Notes under the pieces: model-generated
Seen by the model: the letters and a program-made list of their open reading frames with translations, nothing else
Told to the model about the DNA's origin: nothing
Databases searched by the model: none
Shown: piece by piece, positions 61,765 to 64,000 of the stretch
How the letters are laid out: each line of letters starts with the position of its first letter
Position numbering within the stretch: position 1 is the first letter of the stretch
Assembly: GCA_965248835.1 (NCBI GenBank)
Contig: CBDFLJ010000001.1
Coordinates: 2,048,001 to 2,112,000 of the forward strand
DNA length: 64,000 bases
From: Alphaproteobacteria bacterium
GTDB lineage: Bacteria > Pseudomonadota > Alphaproteobacteria > MPNO01
Direction: 5' to 3'
Made by a program: the position numbers and the translations under genes

Positions 61765-63366
61765 ATGAACGGTACTGCCCGACATCAGGATTTCGACAGG
61801 TTTCGTTTGCGCCGATTTGTCGATCGGCTGATCGAGATCGACGAAGTGGAGATACACGAGGAACCGGTACCCTTGGCCGCGCTCGGCGCGATCATCGAGG
61901 CCACGCCCAAGGCGGTGCTGTTCAAAAATGCCGGGCCGGAAGGGTTCGAGATGATCGCCAAGGCCGCGGCCGGGCGTGCCCGACTTGCCGCGGCGTTCGG
62001 CACGACGTGGGAAAAAGCCTACGACGAGTACCACAGGCGCCTCGCCACGCCCCAGCAGGTGTTCGAGATCCCGTCCGACGAGGCTCCGGTCCACCAGGTC
62101 AGGATCACGGGCGAGGACGTCGATCTCACCAGGCTGCCTTTTTATCCGCAGCACGGCTTCGATGGCAGTTGCTACATCAGTGCCGGCATCGACTTCACCG
62201 TCGATCCCGAGACCGGACGAACCAATGTCGGCAGCAGGCGCTTGTCGCTGCGCAACCGCACGCAGACGGGGACAAATGTAACCGCGCCGTCCGATCTCAA
62301 GCGCATCTACCAGGCCTGCGTGGCACGCGGCGAGCGCCTTCCGATTACCTTTACCCTTGGCAATCACCCGCTCGACTTTTTCGCCGCGACGACGCGCAAA
62401 CCCGGCGACGAACTTGGCCTTGTAGCCGCATTTCGCGGTCAGTCGGCGCCGGTGGTCAAGGGCCTGACCAACGACATTCGCGTACCCGCCGATGCGGAAA
62501 TGGTGCTGGAGGGCTATCTCGACGAGCGTGGCTATGTCGAACCGGAGGGACCGTTCGGGGAGTACATGGGGTACTACGGGTCCATTCACATGGATCCGGT
62601 CTTTACCTGCACCGCGATCGCCATGCGCCGCGATGTCATGCATCAGACGCTGCAGCACGGTTCGGGGTTTGTGCTCGATGAGTGCGACTCGTCGTGCATC
62701 AGCGCGCTTCGCTACGAAGCGGAAGCCATGCAAATCCTGAAATCGGCGGTGCGCGAGCCGGTTGCCGTCTACCTGCGCGAGACTTCGGGAGGTTCGAGCG
62801 GCCTCAGGGTCTCGATCAAGCAACGCTTCTTCGGAGAGGCCCGTAACGCTATTGCGGCGCTGTTCGGCGGCATCCGCCCCCTCAAGCATATCTGGGTATT
62901 CGATCACGATATCGATATCAGGGACGACAGGCAGGTGGAGTGGGCTTTCGGAACCAGGTTCCAGGCCGATCAGGACGTCGTCATGCTCAGCGGCATCATG
63001 GGAATGACCATGGATCCGTCGCTCCAGGGACGGCGTACGGGTGCGAAAGCCGGCTTCGACTGCACCAAGCCGTTCGGCCGCGACGGAGAAATTCCGCTGA
63101 CCCGGTCGGCGGCCAGGACGTTTTCCGGGAACGCGCGCTTTCAGACGGTCGAGCGCGCGCTGGAGTCAGGTCCGCAATTCTACGCAGATCTCGTCGAGGC
63201 GCTGGGCAGCGACGACGGCCGCGAGATCGCCTGTGCGATCGACGAGTTGCGCGAGGACGGCCGCATCGGGCGCGATCGCGACGGCCGGTATCACCTCGCC
63301 GGAGCTCCGCCCGGCACAACGGGCATTGTGGGCCCGCTCTACCACGACCCCAACGAGGGGACCTGA
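61765..63366 (+). CDS. UbiD family decarboxylase with C-terminal extension
   Basis: VPADAEMVLEG, EGPFGEY, DHDIDI.D..QVEWA..TRFQ, K.GFDCT. Confidence 0.92.
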   Translation: MNGTARHQDFDRFRLRRFVDRLIEIDEVEIHEEPVPLAALGAIIEATPKAVLFKNAGPEGFEMIAKAAAGRARLAAAFGTTWEKAYDEYHRRLATPQQVFEIPSDEAPVHQVRITGEDVDLTRLPFYPQHGFDGSCYISAGIDFTVDPETGRTNVGSRRLSLRNRTQTGTNVTAPSDLKRIYQACVARGERLPITFTLGNHPLDFFAATTRKPGDELGLVAAFRGQSAPVVKGLTNDIRVPADAEMVLEGYLDERGYVEPEGPFGEYMGYYGSIHMDPVFTCTAIAMRRDVMHQTLQHGSGFVLDECDSSCISALRYEAEAMQILKSAVREPVAVYLRETSGGSSGLRVSIKQRFFGEARNAIAALFGGIRPLKHIWVFDHDIDIRDDRQVEWAFGTRFQADQDVVMLSGIMGMTMDPSLQGRRTGAKAGFDCTKPFGRDGEIPLTRSAARTFSGNARFQTVERALESGPQFYADLVEALGSDDGREIACAIDELREDGRIGRDRDGRYHLAGAPPGTTGIVGPLYHDPNEGT

Positions 63367-63489
63367 GGCTACTTTCTGTCCGACGTTATCGGTGCGGCGC
63401 GAACAGAGGTGGCTCGATTGACAGAATTTTTGAGCCCGTGATGCCGTTTTGACTGGAAATGTCGGAAAAGAGAAATAAGGAAACGAAAA

Positions 63490-64000
63490 ATGGGAGCAAA
63501 CGGGATGAGCGTACGGTATCTCATATGCGCAATTGGTGCTATCGCGGTTTTCGCGTCAACGCCGTCATTGGCCGCCGACCCGGTAACCGTAAAAATCGGT
63601 TCGTTTACCCCGCCGCAGGCTGAATACCTCCAGAAAATTACCATTCCATTCCTGCGCACGGTCGAAAAGGAAAGCGGCGGGACGATACAATTCAAGGAGT
63701 TTTGGGGCGGTGCACTAATCCGCAGCCCGCGCAAGCAGTGGGAAGGCGTGCAGAACAAGATTCAGGATGCCGCCCAGGTCCTGCCTGCCTATACGCCCAA
63801 ACTCTTCCCTGATTTCACGATATTCGCCCTGCCCTACACGTTCCGAAACACCGGCTCCGCGGAAGCCGCTGTGGCGATCTGGCGGATGTACGAGAAGGGT
63901 CTCCTCGGCGGCCTGGAAACTGTTCATATCTTCGCCGTTTACACCAACGACAACAGCGGAATACATCTGAATCGCAAAATTTCCTCGCTGGCCGACATCA
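63490..64000 (+). CDS. dctP: TRAP transporter substrate-binding protein, runs off right edge
   Basis: Not in ORF track. Signal peptide ending SLAA, EKESGG.I...FWGGAL, YTPKLFP, LPY. Confidence 0.8.
   Translation, partial: MGANGMSVRYLICAIGAIAVFASTPSLAADPVTVKIGSFTPPQAEYLQKITIPFLRTVEKESGGTIQFKEFWGGALIRSPRKQWEGVQNKIQDAAQVLPAYTPKLFPDFTIFALPYTFRNTGSAEAAVAIWRMYEKGLLGGLETVHIFAVYTNDNSGIHLNRKISSLADI

Overview
GC-rich alphaproteobacterial (Rhodospirillales-like) chromosomal segment in two parts. Bases 1-27.7 kb are core genome: a betaine-type binding protein (partial), grpE-hrcA, rph-rdgB-hemW, an LppC-type lipoprotein divergent from rsmI-yraN, gshB, yifB, an Fe(III)-binding protein with a Fur-like box, polA, the aroA-cmk-rpsA-sppA-ihfB-trpFBA-accD-folC run, TIGR02300 and tRNA-Ala(GGC). 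Two core genes (a BON lipoprotein and an ornithine-cyclodeaminase-like gene) survive only as in-frame N+C stubs still coupled to the next gene. RpsA and GrpE carry acidic tandem-repeat expansions. From the tRNA to the window end lies a decayed accessory region: a broken tyrosine integrase, stacked IS1182/IS5 elements, IS21/IS66/IS630 and serine-recombinase relics, a candidate MITE and two direct repeats. Intact cargo sits among this debris: an ino1-IMPase-IPCT/DIPPS operon (di-myo-inositol-phosphate type), a MetE-like protein, ABC and TRAP transporters, a TauD-family dioxygenase and a catabolic cluster (D-aminoacylase, NTF2, LLM, Mo-hydroxylase large subunit, class II aldolase, FAD monooxygenase, gentisate-type dioxygenase, UbiD with a C-terminal extension). 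A relic of a ubiquitin-activating E1-like gene interrupts that cluster. I see no complete, clearly new system. The best candidates are the inositol operon, the catabolic cluster and the coupled stub genes. All family calls come from reading motifs by eye; no searches were run.
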